From Escherichia phage nepoznato, in sequence record NC_052658.1: a stretch of 64,000 nt of DNA. One strand, written 5' to 3'. The notes beneath the pieces were generated by a model that searched no databases, was not told where the DNA came from, and saw nothing but the letters and a program-made list of their open reading frames with translations. Every line of letters begins with the position of its first letter. Within the stretch, counting starts at the first letter, position 1. Of the stretch, positions 26,001 to 34,464 are shown piece by piece. The position numbers and the translations under genes were made by a program.

Positions 26001-26642
26001 GGGCAACTGGTGTTCGATGCTTTCTGGGAAGCTGCATTCCCACTGGCGCGTCTTAAAGAACGTTTAAACGATTTCTGGGTTAAGACTGGTAAACAGTATG
26101 TTTTGGGTATTGACGGTCGTAAGGTTCCTACTCGTTCTGCTCACGCGATTCTTAACTCTCTGTTCCAAAGTGGTGGGGTTATCTGTGCTAAACGTGCAAT
26201 GGTTATTTATGACGACATGATCGAAGAAGAAGGGCTAAGTGTTGACTTCTTTAAAGATGACTGGAAGAATAAAGACTTCGTGCAACAAATGATTGCATAT
26301 CACGATGAAGCCCAGCTTGAAGTTTCTCGTAGCCTTGTAGAATTTAAATGGTTTTCACCTGAATCATTAGGTTGGAAGAAAGTAGACGATCCTGAAGAAC
26401 AAAAGAAAATTGATAAAGAATGCCTTGCTAAAGTTGAAGAATGGAAGCATAATAAGGAAAAAGAGACAGGGCAAATTTGGGCTAACATTCATGAATCTCC
26501 CAAAGGTGGATGGTTTACAGCCTATAGTCGGGCAGGTGAACTTGCTGCTTTAGCTGTTACTAAGGCTGGAGAATTTTACAATCTTAATGTTCAGCTTACT
26601 GCCGGATATGATGTGGGTAACTCCTGGGCGAGCTGCCATTAG
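23073..26642 (+). CDS. Family A DNA polymerase with 3'-5' exonuclease, interrupted by an in-frame intein
   Basis: Exo I WDIEANGL; Pol A motif A IGYDFDSLEAKI; motif B RGPAKSVKYG|[intein]|CTYGAQADKVAKTIG; motif C YHDEAQLEV; GTG start with AAAGGAGG SD. Confidence 0.8.
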   Translation: MSKFTWDIEANGLLNNDTIDYLASPYRLKDTFQMHCIVLENHETGEIVAFHDGPKYIFDGRPYEESDDKYTYVLKEYVAQDYTHFQLKDFPDFINHEGYFKDKPEYLVEMAVAHNGINYDWLATKLFYGLDYSVKYNTWGKSKVKLIDSLILSKVLNPDRKIEGKSGHSLAALSRKAGGDVKIDFRKEIPEEDRFKTFAADMLYYCIYDNKANTSVYNYLMEEWGDYDKWEGPFELEQRVADIITRQEHRGFAFNMKQAEENLAFLDAEMERLRLLVEPILPPKPATKGYLKAFIPPKLQIKKNLEPTNHMINFAKKHDGHLEERDGDWWLVMLGKEWKLPVAADEPLCDPNIPATLNDTTHIKNWLVGLGWVPSEYKDKDLTLKSGTKIKKSEEELQKGIRAYIEQTLSSNFCQDRCDHLECTPETLERKIQERIAKGKGRGLKVLTNPCFTKGQEKEICPNLQALGEKFPYATQIVEYLTYKHRRNSILGGGADWEEDEEDQEYNKGFLAAVRADGRIPTPAATCDAATSRMKHRSVANIPRVTSLFGWQMRNLFGVEVPKYFQIGYDFDSLEAKIESHYTWRYDNPDHAYCNALLLEKPNDVHTMMAKHITDIIGRKFERGPAKSVKYGCVPVDNTEVLTRTGWKKRKDLFVGDEVLSYNTHTALYEYTPILKLWDYNDAEVVSLGNKWFKVEVTNDHMWINAQRKTMRSDGNNVKYMQVERRSTEDLNSESNIIAAGRSGVVSTLTVEEGRFLGWLLSDGYYKWSGKARNKVMGITVTVDQDEKKFLEEAREAVGDIFTFDEYVSGTMHSLRPNKSQFREFLTKCGVEVGQNKHEVDWSTLIANQGQAVLEAFLEAFWMADGHKRPNGSLVIRQKKGKISDAVSLAINMTGNIAYGSVQKDGMLTLAINNGQTISGQRLTKAFSRVTDVFCISTKNESFVMRQNGFITLTGNCTYGAQADKVAKTIGSDKYTGQLVFDAFWEAAFPLARLKERLNDFWVKTGKQYVLGIDGRKVPTRSAHAILNSLFQSGGVICAKRAMVIYDDMIEEEGLSVDFFKDDWKNKDFVQQMIAYHDEAQLEVSRSLVEFKWFSPESLGWKKVDDPEEQKKIDKECLAKVEEWKHNKEKETGQIWANIHESPKGGWFTAYSRAGELAALAVTKAGEFYNLNVQLTAGYDVGNSWASCH
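24969..25940 (+). mobile_element. Intein (324 aa) with a LAGLIDADG-type homing endonuclease domain, inserted in Pol A motif B
   Basis: Begins with Cys (CVPVDNTEVLTRTG), block B TNDHMW, LAGLIDADG-like LGWLLSDGYY and EAFWMADGHK, ends ...FITLTGN followed by extein Cys; removal rejoins KYG + CTYGA into a canonical motif B. Confidence 0.7.
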
Positions 26643-26659
26643 TTAACTCATTGTTTTAT

Positions 26660-26677
26660 AAGGGGCTTCTGCCCCTT
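26660..26677 (+). terminator. Hairpin after the DNA polymerase (weak terminator)
   Basis: AAGGGGC-TTCT-GCCCCTT followed by TATAGG; short T-tract. Confidence 0.35.
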
Positions 26678-26690
26678 TATAGGAGGAGAT

Positions 26691-26882
26691 ATGCATTACG
26701 ATTTAGACTGTCTTGGTATGCCTTACCTACCAGATGAATTTGAAGGTGAAGAAGAACGTGAATGGGACGATGGGGATATCCGTTGTTGGTCTTGTGGTAA
26801 AGATATGTCTTATGAACAGCATATGCACAACGATGGCTACTGCATACATTGCTATAATGAAATTGATCTGGAGGAAGATTAA
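26691..26882 (+). CDS. Hypothetical small acidic Zn-ribbon protein
   Basis: AGGAGG SD; CWSCGK...CIHCYNE; acidic termini. Confidence 0.45.
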   Translation: MHYDLDCLGMPYLPDEFEGEEEREWDDGDIRCWSCGKDMSYEQHMHNDGYCIHCYNEIDLEED

Positions 26883-27049
26883 TGGGAAATGGTATCATGA
26901 TTTGCTATAAAATTGTGCGTATTGTCGGAGACGAAATTACCACTCGGTATTTTATGATAGAGTCTCAAGCCGATGATGTTTACAATGACTGGCTTGAAAA
27001 AGGTGGATACGATTTTGTATCTAAAGAAACTTTCCGTTTAGAAGTATAA
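26882..27049 (+). CDS. Hypothetical small protein (55 aa, below the ORF-track cutoff)
   Basis: ATG at 26882 overlapping the upstream stop; open to 27049. Confidence 0.3.
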   Translation: MGNGIMICYKIVRIVGDEITTRYFMIESQADDVYNDWLEKGGYDFVSKETFRLEV

Positions 27050-27059
27050 GGAGAAAACA

Positions 27060-27278
27060 ATGCGTAAATTAGTGAGCTTTAATGTTTCAATTCTTGTTGA
27101 TGAACAAAATGAAGATGTTATTAAAGGTCTTGCAAATAAGATTGAAGGTGGAATGACGGAAGCAGAAGTATGGGAAGAATGTGCTCGACTTTATGAGGAA
27201 GGTGTTATTGAGGTCTTGGGGGATGAGATTAATATGGACGATGTTGTAAAAGTAACTGTGGAGCGTATCCATGACTAA
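27060..27278 (+). CDS. Hypothetical small acidic protein
   Basis: AAGGAG SD; 72 aa. Confidence 0.45.
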   Translation: MRKLVSFNVSILVDEQNEDVIKGLANKIEGGMTEAEVWEECARLYEEGVIEVLGDEINMDDVVKVTVERIHD

Positions 27279-27864
27279 ATCAAAACAAATCAATATTGCC
27301 AAAGAAATTCTTACCGTATTAAAGATTGCTGATCCTAATTCTGTCTTGGCTGGCGGCGCTGTTCGTGATTGGCGTATTCTTGATATTGCTGGACGTGATC
27401 TGGATTTTTACACGTCTCTTCCTGCACATCGATCAGAAGAGCAAATACAAGAATTGATTGCATCTGCTTTGATGGGAACTAATGTTCGTAAATTAGGAAA
27501 CAAAGAGGCTTCTGACAATTATGAGGGTGTTACTGGTCTTAAACACGTTTTTGAGTTTGAACATGATGGTCAGCTTTGCAACCTTATGATTATGGAACCA
27601 AGCGTAATGACAACCTTTCTAAATGAGTTTGATCTGTCCATCTGCCAGGCTGCATTTGATGGGAAGGATTGCTATTATTCTAAAGATTTTGAAACAACCT
27701 TGGAAACAGGGATCTGCTTCTTGCACAAAGATGTTAGAGAAGATGCCAAACACGTTATTAAAATTGCTACACGTTTCCCATATCTTCGTTTTGTGAAAGA
27801 GGTTAAGGTTCCACGTCCACCTCAAGTAGATACCAGATTGGAAGAAGATGATATTCCTTGGTAA
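27271..27864 (+). CDS. Minimal Pol-beta-superfamily nucleotidyltransferase (CCA-adding/poly(A) polymerase head-domain type)
   Basis: LAGGAVRDWRILDIAGRDLDFY matches the GGxVRD...DxD head-domain signature; 197 aa; ends EEDDIPW. Confidence 0.55.
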   Translation: MTKSKQINIAKEILTVLKIADPNSVLAGGAVRDWRILDIAGRDLDFYTSLPAHRSEEQIQELIASALMGTNVRKLGNKEASDNYEGVTGLKHVFEFEHDGQLCNLMIMEPSVMTTFLNEFDLSICQAAFDGKDCYYSKDFETTLETGICFLHKDVREDAKHVIKIATRFPYLRFVKEVKVPRPPQVDTRLEEDDIPW

Positions 27865-27871
27865 TTAAAGC

Positions 27872-27902
27872 TTGACAATATTAAACATTTTATGATAGGA
27901 TA
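27872..27902 (+). promoter_or_regulatory. Sigma70-like promoter
   Basis: TTGACA (27872-27877) with a downstream TAGGAT/ATAGGA -10-like element; precedes ATG 27910. Confidence 0.35.
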
Positions 27903-27909
27903 GCATTCA

Positions 27910-28302
27910 ATGACTGAACGTTCTAAGATAGCTGTTGAAACTGTTTATGGAAACTACACCAGTTTGACACTAGTTGAGAAAAATGTTGTAGGTCTTGACA
28001 ACTCTTTTTATTTTCAAATTTTGGTTATTCAAGGTGGAAACAAGAAGCTAACTGCTCGTGTCGAAACATCTGAAATAATTGAAACCACTGTTACAAACAA
28101 AGAATTCATTTCACTGCAAGATACAATCCGAAACGTTATAGACGAAGAAGGCAAAGCTGCCACAATTAAACTCGGAGGTTTCCCAGTGCAAATAGTTCAT
28201 TTTCCTAATGGTGAAATTGGAGTTGGAATAGGTAAAGGTAAATACCTGTTAGAGCAAGATGATATGGAAAGACTCCGCTCTTTCTGTGCAAAATTAATGT
28301 AA
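27910..28302 (+). CDS. Hypothetical protein
   Basis: 130 aa; no motif. Confidence 0.45.
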   Translation: MTERSKIAVETVYGNYTSLTLVEKNVVGLDNSFYFQILVIQGGNKKLTARVETSEIIETTVTNKEFISLQDTIRNVIDEEGKAATIKLGGFPVQIVHFPNGEIGVGIGKGKYLLEQDDMERLRSFCAKLM

Positions 28303-28318
28303 TATAGAGGAGATAATA

Positions 28319-29206
28319 ATGTCCATAATTAATACTGAAACTGATCGTAAAGGCAAAACCGTAACTTATGCAACTGGTATCGTAGACTACGTTAAACTGG
28401 ATAAATTCGCTGAACCTAAAACTTTTCATTGGGAAGGAAAAACGATTGTTTCAACTCACCGAGCTTCTCTTGTTCTGAAAGAGAAAGGTGCTAAACCAGA
28501 GGAGAAAGGTGTTTGGATTTCTCTTGGTGATATTGAACTGAAAGAAGGTTATGAAAACCTGCAAGTTAAAGAAGGTGATAACTGGATCACTATTGAAAAA
28601 GGTGTAGAAGTAAGTATTGATATTGATCGCGTTGACAATAAAGGCGGTAAAACTTACTACAATACTAAAAAATCTCGTATTACAGTATTGTCTACCGATG
28701 GTGTTCAGAAGTCTAACAAATCTTCTGGCAATAAGGGTTCCAACGATGCTGCTCCTAAACAGTCCTATAAAAAACGTGATACTGTAGGTCTGGAAACTGG
28801 TCACGCAGTAAATGGTGCGCTGGAACTGATTCGTAATGGTGTTAAAGGCGATGCTTTTGATATCGCTGGGGTTGTTCAATCTGCGACTGTCACGTTGAAA
28901 TCGGAAATTGCTGAATCTCGTGGCGTTGATATTAATGATTATGATCTTGGGGCAGCTGTTGGTCACGCTATTCTCAATGCTTGTAAAGACCATACCATTA
29001 AGACTGTCTCTGTAGAAGATCTGATTGATTCTGCTCGTAAAGTTCTGGCTCTGTCTGATAAAGTTGCTGCTGCCATTCGTGGTTCCGCAGAACAACCTAA
29101 GAAAGAAGAGAAGAAAGAAGTTAAAAAGCCTGAACCACAACCAGAACCAACTCCAAGCAATCAAGAAGAACCTCCAATGGACTTCGATGATAATATTCCT
29201 TTTTGA
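28319..29206 (+). CDS. ssb: Single-stranded DNA-binding protein with an E. coli-type acidic C-terminal tip
   Basis: C-terminus ...NQEEPPMDFDDNIPF is nearly identical to the E. coli SSB tip ...EPPMDFDDDIPF; flexible G/S/K linker before the tail; host-optimised codon usage. Confidence 0.65.
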   Translation: MSIINTETDRKGKTVTYATGIVDYVKLDKFAEPKTFHWEGKTIVSTHRASLVLKEKGAKPEEKGVWISLGDIELKEGYENLQVKEGDNWITIEKGVEVSIDIDRVDNKGGKTYYNTKKSRITVLSTDGVQKSNKSSGNKGSNDAAPKQSYKKRDTVGLETGHAVNGALELIRNGVKGDAFDIAGVVQSATVTLKSEIAESRGVDINDYDLGAAVGHAILNACKDHTIKTVSVEDLIDSARKVLALSDKVAAAIRGSAEQPKKEEKKEVKKPEPQPEPTPSNQEEPPMDFDDNIPF

Positions 29207-29634
29207 TCAGTAAGTTATGCTCGTGTTGTGGGGCTGAAAAGCCCCTCAACATGTTCCAAGTAAGGAAGGCTTCTAAAGATGGCTATACGGCATCCTGTAA
29301 AGCTTGCTTAAAAGAACGTGACCGTATACGAGATCAAGACCCTAATCGTAAAGCAGCAAAAGAAAAGTATGTAAAGGGAAAAGGAAAGGATAAAGCAGAC
29401 GCGGCTAAAAAACGTTGGCAAGAAAAGAATCCCAAGAAGCGTAGTGTTCACGTTTTAGTTGGCAACGCACTCCGAGATGGAAAGTTAGTAAAACAACCTT
29501 GCCAAGTGTGTGGGTCTGTTGATGTTCATGCTCATCATTGTGATTATGATAAACCGTTAGATGTTCTATGGCTGTGTCCTCTGCACCATGAAGCTTGGCA
29601 TCAAGAACATGGGGAAGGGTTGAACGCTGAATAA
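29203..29634 (+). CDS. HNH endonuclease-like protein (free-standing)
   Basis: C-terminal HAHHCDYDKPLDVLWLCPLHHEAWH (HNH zinc-finger type); start uncertain (TTG 29203 or ATG 29251); a GGGGC/GCCCC hairpin lies at 29228-29243. Confidence 0.55.
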   Translation: MISKLCSCCGAEKPLNMFQVRKASKDGYTASCKACLKERDRIRDQDPNRKAAKEKYVKGKGKDKADAAKKRWQEKNPKKRSVHVLVGNALRDGKLVKQPCQVCGSVDVHAHHCDYDKPLDVLWLCPLHHEAWHQEHGEGLNAE

Positions 29635-29636
29635 AA

Positions 29637-29668
29637 GAAAGGAGCCAAATGGCTCCTTTTCTTATTTA
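29637..29668. terminator. Bidirectional terminator between the convergent early and structural blocks
   Basis: 10-bp stem GAAAGGAGCC/GGCTCCTTT(T) with loop AAAT, T-runs on both strands; lies where the plus HNH gene and the minus fibre gene converge. Confidence 0.6.
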
Positions 29669-32334
29669 TAATTGGAAGGAATGTTGTTATAATCAGAAAG
29701 TTTTGTGCAATACCTGAATAGGTAACTATTAGCTACTCCGCCTAATGTATTTGTTAATGTTGTTCCTGTTCCTGTAAGATTTGTGCATCCACTAAAGAAA
29801 GAAGATAATGCTCCACGTTTACCACAAACAGTTAACCCTGGGTTGTCATTAAAGATCTTATTAAAATCTGTAAGTCCTAAACAACCTTGGAATGTAGCTG
29901 TTAAAGAGGTCACTTTCGTTGGAATATTATCAAACATTCCTGCTGGAACTTCTGCAAGAGAGGTGCAATCTTTAAAGGTGTAAGAATATCTTGTAACTTT
30001 TGACAGATTCTTAAATAAATCTGAAGGAATAGATGTTAAAGATGTACAACCTTCAAACGTGCTTGACATTGTTGTCATTGAAGGAAATAAAGCATCACTG
30101 AATAATCCTTCAGGGATAGCTGTCAAACTTGTGCAGCCAGAGAAGATACCGCTTATAGATGTTCCGGTGTAAGATGTGTTACTAAAACAATCAGAAGTTA
30201 TTCGTCTTAAGTTAGCACAACCTTTTAAGAATTGTGAGGCTGGGCTTGTAGAATAACTAATTCTATTACCGCCCCAAAGTTCTAAAAGACTTTGGTTTGC
30301 TTCCATAGACACTTCCACACTATTAACTACGGAAGCACTTGCAAATTCAATAGCCAGTCTGTATTCTCCTGCTGGATAACTATCCACTGTAGAGAAAGCT
30401 TTGTTTCTAAATATTACCTTACTTGAAGGAACTACAACGTCATCCACCTTAACTACAAAGTTAGCTGGTGCGACAGTACCCGATAAAGTTGGGAACGTAA
30501 TCGCCCCATCTGCCGAGTGGTTGAAATATCCGTTTAGAACCGTTAAACTACTACTCGGAGATGGAGCTAACTCCTTTCCCGCAACAGCGTTCACCGTTAA
30601 ATAAGAACTATCAGAAGCGGTAACAACACCTTGATACGTAGCTGTGCAACCAATCCTACAACCACCATCACCAACACCAGTTATTACACCAGTTGTAGGA
30701 TCTACTGTAGCAACATTAGGATCTGTAGTTGTATACTCAACAACCATACCAGGTAAGCTTGCTGCTCCTGTTGGCGTTATTTCTGCTACTATTGTTTGTG
30801 TTGTTCCTACATCCATCGCAGATAAGCTAGGGGTGTAAACGCTCAATGTTGAAGCATATCCTCTAGAGGTATCTGATAAAGTTGTTCCTTCAGCGTTTAA
30901 GGCTGTCATACCTGCATCAAAACCACCTTCTGCTTGGAAAGTCATTAAGCCAGTAGATGATATTGTCATGTTTGCAGGGGCAGAAGAAGTGTATTTAATA
31001 TTGAAAAGTTTACCTCCTTCTGGGCTAACAGAATGTGTCAACTGTTTAGTTCCACCTACAATACAAATTCCTAAAGAATCTGTAGTTAAGCTAGTTGCCA
31101 GCACATCACCCGTAATCACGGAGCTTGCTATTGGTGTGAATTTATTATAGTTTAGACCACTATTGAACAGATATGACGCTTTCCCATCTTTCCAAATACC
31201 GGAATAATACATATCTCCATTATAAACGAAAAAGGTTCCTTGATAACCTAATTGGTTAGTAACATCCATATTCAGCGTATGAACGCTTGTGAGCTTGTTT
31301 ATATCCCAGGCACCCACTCCTTCAGGTTTAACTGGTTTTCCCACTTGGAGTGGATCTCCGCTCGCAGAATCATACCCCAAACCTAAGTTTGCCGTATAGT
31401 TCTTACCAATAGCCCACAAGGAATTATTAATCCCAACGAAAAAAGAGTGGCGGCTTGGTGGAAACTTCCATGTTGAGAAACCTGCTGCAAAGGTATCCAG
31501 TTTAGTGTAGGTTGTTTCTGTATTAGACCTAACATATAAGTAGTTTACTGTACCCGTGCCGCCGGAGGTATCTCCTACAACTATTGTCTGGGAAACTGTA
31601 TTGATGTAATCTTTGACATACACTGTTTCAGTAGCGGATATTTTGGCATTGACAAAAGCTGTTGTTGTGTTATTATTACCTGCTAAACCTTTACTAGCTC
31701 CACAAACACGCAAGGTTCCCACATTGTTGACATAAGAGCATTGGTTGTAGCCTGCATCAAAAGCAACTGCTGCACTTGTTATCTGACGAGGAGTAGAAAC
31801 TTCGTTAGTAGTACTTGCACCTAAACTGCCTACTGTGTTTTGACCTGATCCATAAAGAACACCACTATTCATTAACCAGAGAGTGTTGTTATATCCTCCC
31901 TTAACCTCTTTAAGATTGGCTAAAGAGATAGTCCCTGTTATTACAGATGGAAAGCTGGTCCAAGTAGTTACACATGCATCCATACCACCTGCTGCTATAG
32001 ATCCTACCAACCCTGCTGTCAATCCTGAATATTGCCATCCCCCACTGTTAGTTTTAATAACAAAACAACGATCTGCGGTAAACACATCCGCTACTACAGT
32101 AGAAGCTAAGTGGAAATTATTGAATCGTGCACTACGAGTTCCATCTGCAATCTCACCAAAAAGGTTTGCGCCTTGAGTAAACAATCTACCATCATTAAGC
32201 AAAATTGCTAAACTGCTATTAGAATTACCAGCATTATCTGGGTAATCTAAAGTGATTACTTTTTTAACAATACCTGCTGGCAGAGGAACGACACCAGTGC
32301 TGGTCATAATAGTAAATATTGGAATTGGAAACAT
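29662..32334 (-). CDS. Tail fibre / receptor-binding protein with C-terminal BspA-type leucine-rich repeats
   Basis: 890 aa; repeated F-x-x-C-T-x-L-T-x-I/P units near the C-terminus (FSGCTSLTAIPEGLFSD, FEGCTSLTSIPSDLFKN, FKDCTSLAEVPAGMFDN, FQGCLGLTDF, FSGCTNLTG); GGAGGG SD. Confidence 0.55.
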   Translation of the reverse strand: MFPIPIFTIMTSTGVVPLPAGIVKKVITLDYPDNAGNSNSSLAILLNDGRLFTQGANLFGEIADGTRSARFNNFHLASTVVADVFTADRCFVIKTNSGGWQYSGLTAGLVGSIAAGGMDACVTTWTSFPSVITGTISLANLKEVKGGYNNTLWLMNSGVLYGSGQNTVGSLGASTTNEVSTPRQITSAAVAFDAGYNQCSYVNNVGTLRVCGASKGLAGNNNTTTAFVNAKISATETVYVKDYINTVSQTIVVGDTSGGTGTVNYLYVRSNTETTYTKLDTFAAGFSTWKFPPSRHSFFVGINNSLWAIGKNYTANLGLGYDSASGDPLQVGKPVKPEGVGAWDINKLTSVHTLNMDVTNQLGYQGTFFVYNGDMYYSGIWKDGKASYLFNSGLNYNKFTPIASSVITGDVLATSLTTDSLGICIVGGTKQLTHSVSPEGGKLFNIKYTSSAPANMTISSTGLMTFQAEGGFDAGMTALNAEGTTLSDTSRGYASTLSVYTPSLSAMDVGTTQTIVAEITPTGAASLPGMVVEYTTTDPNVATVDPTTGVITGVGDGGCRIGCTATYQGVVTASDSSYLTVNAVAGKELAPSPSSSLTVLNGYFNHSADGAITFPTLSGTVAPANFVVKVDDVVVPSSKVIFRNKAFSTVDSYPAGEYRLAIEFASASVVNSVEVSMEANQSLLELWGGNRISYSTSPASQFLKGCANLRRITSDCFSNTSYTGTSISGIFSGCTSLTAIPEGLFSDALFPSMTTMSSTFEGCTSLTSIPSDLFKNLSKVTRYSYTFKDCTSLAEVPAGMFDNIPTKVTSLTATFQGCLGLTDFNKIFNDNPGLTVCGKRGALSSFFSGCTNLTGTGTTLTNTLGGVANSYLFRYCTKLSDYNNIPSNYK

Positions 32335-32345
32335 TTAAACCCTCC

Positions 32346-32372
32346 ATAAAAAGAAAGCCCCTTTCGGGGCTT
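32346..32372 (-). terminator. Rho-independent terminator (minus strand) after the collagen-like fibre gene
   Basis: Minus-strand hairpin GAAGCCCCGAAAGGGGCTTTC followed by TTTTTAT. Confidence 0.5.
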
Positions 32373-32375
32373 CTG

Positions 32376-34400
32376 TTATCGTGTTACAACAACCATGTCC
32401 ACGATATTACCCACACCAGGATACGTTAATTGCAAAATTGTTACTGCGTTGGCAGTAGTTGCTATTTCTGTATCATTCAGTGCTCCATAAGACGCATCTA
32501 GTGTAACCGTGTGTCCCGTTGTATCTTGAATCAAATAAATCATTGCTGAAAACGCTTTAGGCTTTGTAGAGCCAGTGACACCAGGCCATGCTCCAACTGT
32601 TAAAGCATCGGTTACTGTAACAACATACATATTGGAAGTTCCAGAAGGAGTCCAAGATGCTCCAGAGTTGGCAGTAGTTGTTTCAAGTTCCATGAAACCT
32701 GCTGTAACTCTAGTTGGTGTTATAGCTTCCGTAGGATCTGATCCTGATATTTCAATCCAGTTTCCATCAGAACGACCATAAGTCAAGCCGTCTTGAGGGG
32801 CTTCTGGTATACTAGGAAGAGTTCCTATAAGTGTCCACGTAGAAGAATCTGTTTTCTTAAATACTGCTCCAGTGGTAGTATTGAAGGCGTAATCATTGAT
32901 AACACCGTCTCCTGCGACTGGATTAGTTGTTGCTACAAACCACTGTGCGCCGTCCTTACCGTTGGCCCCATCAGTACCGTTGGTTCCGTTTGTTCCAGGA
33001 TCACCCTTATCTCCTTTATCCCCTTTTTCACCTTTGTCGCCCTTAATACTTCCCATGTCAACAAAAGATGCGGAATTGGTGTCTTGATCGTAGGTATAGA
33101 TGTAAAGATTACTGGTATCCTCAGTTAAGTAGGCATCACCATAGTTATTATAAACAGGGAGAGCTTCTCCGTTTGCAACATGACCTTTAGCTGTAATAGA
33201 TCTGCCTCCCAAACTGCCTACATTGAGCCAAGTTTGGTTGTCATCAATCCACACATAAAGTTCATTTTTTATGATGTAGGCATCACCGACCTCCGCTACA
33301 GAGGGTAACTCTGAAACATCTGCCAATTCTCCGTTTACAGAAAGACCTGCACCAACTGGACCTTGGATACCTTGAACACCCTGTTCACCTTGTGGACCAG
33401 GATCTCCCTTCTCGCCCTTGTCTCCCTTTTCACCTTTTAAAGCAGCAACAAAATCTACTTCTGTCCCTTCATTACCAGCGTCCAGCCAACTTTGATATGC
33501 AGATTTCCCTTCGTCTCCATCTGTTCCATCTAGACCGTCTTTACCTGCCTCACCTTGTGGACCTTGAGGACCAACAATATTACCCATGTTGACCCAAGCT
33601 GTCCCATTAGAGACATAAAGATTACCATTAATAGAATAAGCTTGGCTTACGTTTTCAGAGTTAGGTTGTGGTAAGTTACTTGTAGAAGGCAAATCTCCAC
33701 GGTAATCAAAACCATTAGCGTTGACACCAGGTGCACCCTGTGGACCTGTAGGACCAACGTCTCCTTTATCACCTTTTATAGAGGCAAGAAAGTCATAAAC
33801 AGATCCTGTATTACCATCTGCCAACCATACCTCGTAAGCTGATTTCCCTTCTGGTCCAAGAGAAGAAATAAGTTTCCAAACAGAACCGTCCCAAGCGTAA
33901 ATCACATCACCTACGATATAACCATCCCCTGCAACGTTACCTGTAGATGGTAGTTCACTAGTGCTTGCTAATGATCCTTTAATATTAAGTTGAGCACCAG
34001 TATCCCCTTTCAAAGAAGCAAGCCATTGTGCTTCTGTTCCAACAAAACCATTATCAAGTGCGATCTGATAAGCCGATTTACCAGCTTCAGGTATTGCTTC
34101 TGACAAATCATCGATCTGTTGTTGCACTGCCGTAAACTTGGCATTGATAATTGCTATATCATCAGCAGTCCCAACACTTTGCCATGCAAGGGAAGAAATA
34201 CCACCTGTGGTGGCTGGCGTAGAGTTTGCTGGAACTACTTTAGGAAAAGTTCCTTTCCATTGGTAATAATTCCCTTCTGCCGCTAACAGCAAAACTTCAC
34301 GGGAATTACGTAATGTAAAACCTGCCTCAAAACTGCGACGTTTTCGATAAGTAGCTTCTACCAGATCGGCTATCGCACTATTAGGTCTTGTTAAATTCAT
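32376..34400 (-). CDS. Tail fibre protein with collagen-like Gly-X-Y repeats
   Basis: Runs of GEKGDKGEKGDPGPQGEQGVQGIQGPVG and GDKGEKGDKGDKGDPGTNGTNGTDGANGKDG. Confidence 0.65.
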   Translation of the reverse strand: MNLTRPNSAIADLVEATYRKRRSFEAGFTLRNSREVLLLAAEGNYYQWKGTFPKVVPANSTPATTGGISSLAWQSVGTADDIAIINAKFTAVQQQIDDLSEAIPEAGKSAYQIALDNGFVGTEAQWLASLKGDTGAQLNIKGSLASTSELPSTGNVAGDGYIVGDVIYAWDGSVWKLISSLGPEGKSAYEVWLADGNTGSVYDFLASIKGDKGDVGPTGPQGAPGVNANGFDYRGDLPSTSNLPQPNSENVSQAYSINGNLYVSNGTAWVNMGNIVGPQGPQGEAGKDGLDGTDGDEGKSAYQSWLDAGNEGTEVDFVAALKGEKGDKGEKGDPGPQGEQGVQGIQGPVGAGLSVNGELADVSELPSVAEVGDAYIIKNELYVWIDDNQTWLNVGSLGGRSITAKGHVANGEALPVYNNYGDAYLTEDTSNLYIYTYDQDTNSASFVDMGSIKGDKGEKGDKGDKGDPGTNGTNGTDGANGKDGAQWFVATTNPVAGDGVINDYAFNTTTGAVFKKTDSSTWTLIGTLPSIPEAPQDGLTYGRSDGNWIEISGSDPTEAITPTRVTAGFMELETTTANSGASWTPSGTSNMYVVTVTDALTVGAWPGVTGSTKPKAFSAMIYLIQDTTGHTVTLDASYGALNDTEIATTANAVTILQLTYPGVGNIVDMVVVTR

Positions 34401-34436
34401 TTATCTCTCCTATTATTAGACCATTCTATTGGAAGA

Positions 34437-34455
34437 AGAGGGGGAATCCCCCTCT
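34437..34455 (-). terminator. Intergenic GC-rich hairpin (possible terminator)
   Basis: AGAGGGGG-AAT-CCCCCTCT between two minus-strand fibre genes; weak U-tract. Confidence 0.3.
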
Positions 34456-34464
34456 CTATTTCCA

